NCBI GenBank assembly: GCA_030324005.1
Contig: JARDVH010000110.1
Location: 32,445,505-32,509,504, forward strand
DNA from: Negaprion brevirostris
Lineage: Eukaryota
DNA length: 64,000 nt
Direction: 5' to 3'
Position numbers and translations under genes: made by a program. The notes under the pieces were generated by a model. It saw nothing but the letters and a program-made list of their open reading frames with translations. It had not been told where the DNA came from and searched no databases. The first letter of the stretch is position 1, and each line of letters starts with the position of its first letter. Below, piece after piece: positions 62,767-64,000 of the stretch.

Positions 62767-63000
62767 CATGCATTTATCTTAGTTTATCTCCCTGACACTA
62801 AGGAGCAATCTAGTATGTCCAATCTACCTAACCCGCACATATTTGGACTATGGGAGGAAACCAGGTCACCTGGAGGAAACCCATGCAGACATGGGGAGAA
62901 CTTGCAAACTCCACACAGACAGTGACCCGAGCCAGGAATTGAACCTGGGTTCCTGGTGCTGTGAGGCAGCAGTGCTATCCACTGTGTCACTGTGCCACCC
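62767..63000 (-). mobile_element. V-SINE (CR1-type tail, 3' end lost in a gap)
   Basis: ggaattgaacctgggttcctggtgctgtgaggcagcagtgctatccactgtg. Confidence 0.88.
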
Positions 63001-64000
63001 CCATTGAGCGCAGGTGATACTCAGTGAAGCTACTGCTTAAGAGCCAGTTATTTCCCCAGGAGGAGAGTTGTTTCTAGATGGGGAGAGGATCCAGAAGGAA
63101 GAATGGAAACCAGTGTATTGAACTGTAATATCACAATAAAGCAAGCTGTGAACCATCCAACTATCATCTGCTGCCTAATTCACCTCTTCAACATGCCTCT
63201 CCATTTCTCCTTAATCCGTAAGAGACTCCTGAATATTCAACTCTTTCTGTTGACCTATGCTCCCTCATTACCTCTTTTGGCCCAACTCCCTTTGCCTTTC
63301 AATGTGCCTCTATTTTTTCAATGCTAAAGGTCTAACCTAATAGGAAGTTGTTGCTGTTTGTATTATGATGCATATATAGTGATCCATCAAAATACACCAG
63401 CTTATTTAAAACCATCACTGCAATGATGAATAAATGCTTTCAACAGAGGACAGAGTTTGATTGGCAAACAACAAAAAGTTAGAGCAAAAGAAAGTTGCCA
63501 AATAATAGACCAAACATTGGTTTGCTCAATATTTTAGCTTCAGGAATCAGCCCATGCCCATGCCCATTCAGATCCAAGTAAGCAACAGACAAACTTAGAC
63601 AGAACTCAGTGCCCCTGCACAAGGTGAGTTTGAAGGTGGGCAGTTGGGAAGGGGGTTTGCATTTAGTTAGATTAAAAGGTTTGGGAATGCGCACTCACCA
63701 TACCTCTGCTCTGATTAAGTCTGGGTTGGGAAGGCTTGTGGATGGTCTTTCTCTGCTGACAATAATTGAGGCCTTTAAGTGAGTAATTAAAAGGGTCTCA
63801 TCCCACTGCCACTGGCATTGAAAAGCCTGAAAAGCAAACCCTTTGAACCTGATTGAAGTAGTGTCTTCTGACTCCCCTTGCACGCCCTAACAAATGATTT
63901 CTCCCCACAAACCCCATGCCCCCTTCACTCACCTGTGGCTGCAGCTCTCAGCAGCTGTGGGACAATGGGATTTCCACTCCTAGGGTCCTAGATGTTGCAG

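Overview
AT-rich, repeat-dense vertebrate genomic DNA from a gapped draft assembly. The repeat complement (HE1/V-SINEs, a SacSINE1-like DeuSINE, CR1, L2, Rex1, Penelope, Harbinger-type MITEs) points to a cartilaginous fish, most likely a shark (inference). No intact protein-coding gene is visible. Recognisable coding remnants are all transposon-derived: a decayed hAT transposase (52.7-55.1 kb), a decayed Gypsy pol with 3' LTR (43.4-46.4 kb), a Penelope RT/GIY-YIG relic (20.4-22.7 kb), a Harbinger Myb/SANT gene relic (9.2 kb) and many LINE 3' ends. The most notable signal is a short retroposon family with a U2 snRNA head, twin ~54-nt hairpin units and an A-rich tail. There are two copies (31.9-32.2 kb and 15.75-15.97 kb), and a local paralogous empty site supports insertion of one. 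Other signals are hammerhead-ribozyme cores in Penelope terminal repeats, five locally templated duplications next to or inside TE breakpoints, V-SINE tail swapping, a V-SINE strand bias and several candidate enhancers. Coordinates of old repeats are approximate and family names come from recall, not database searches.
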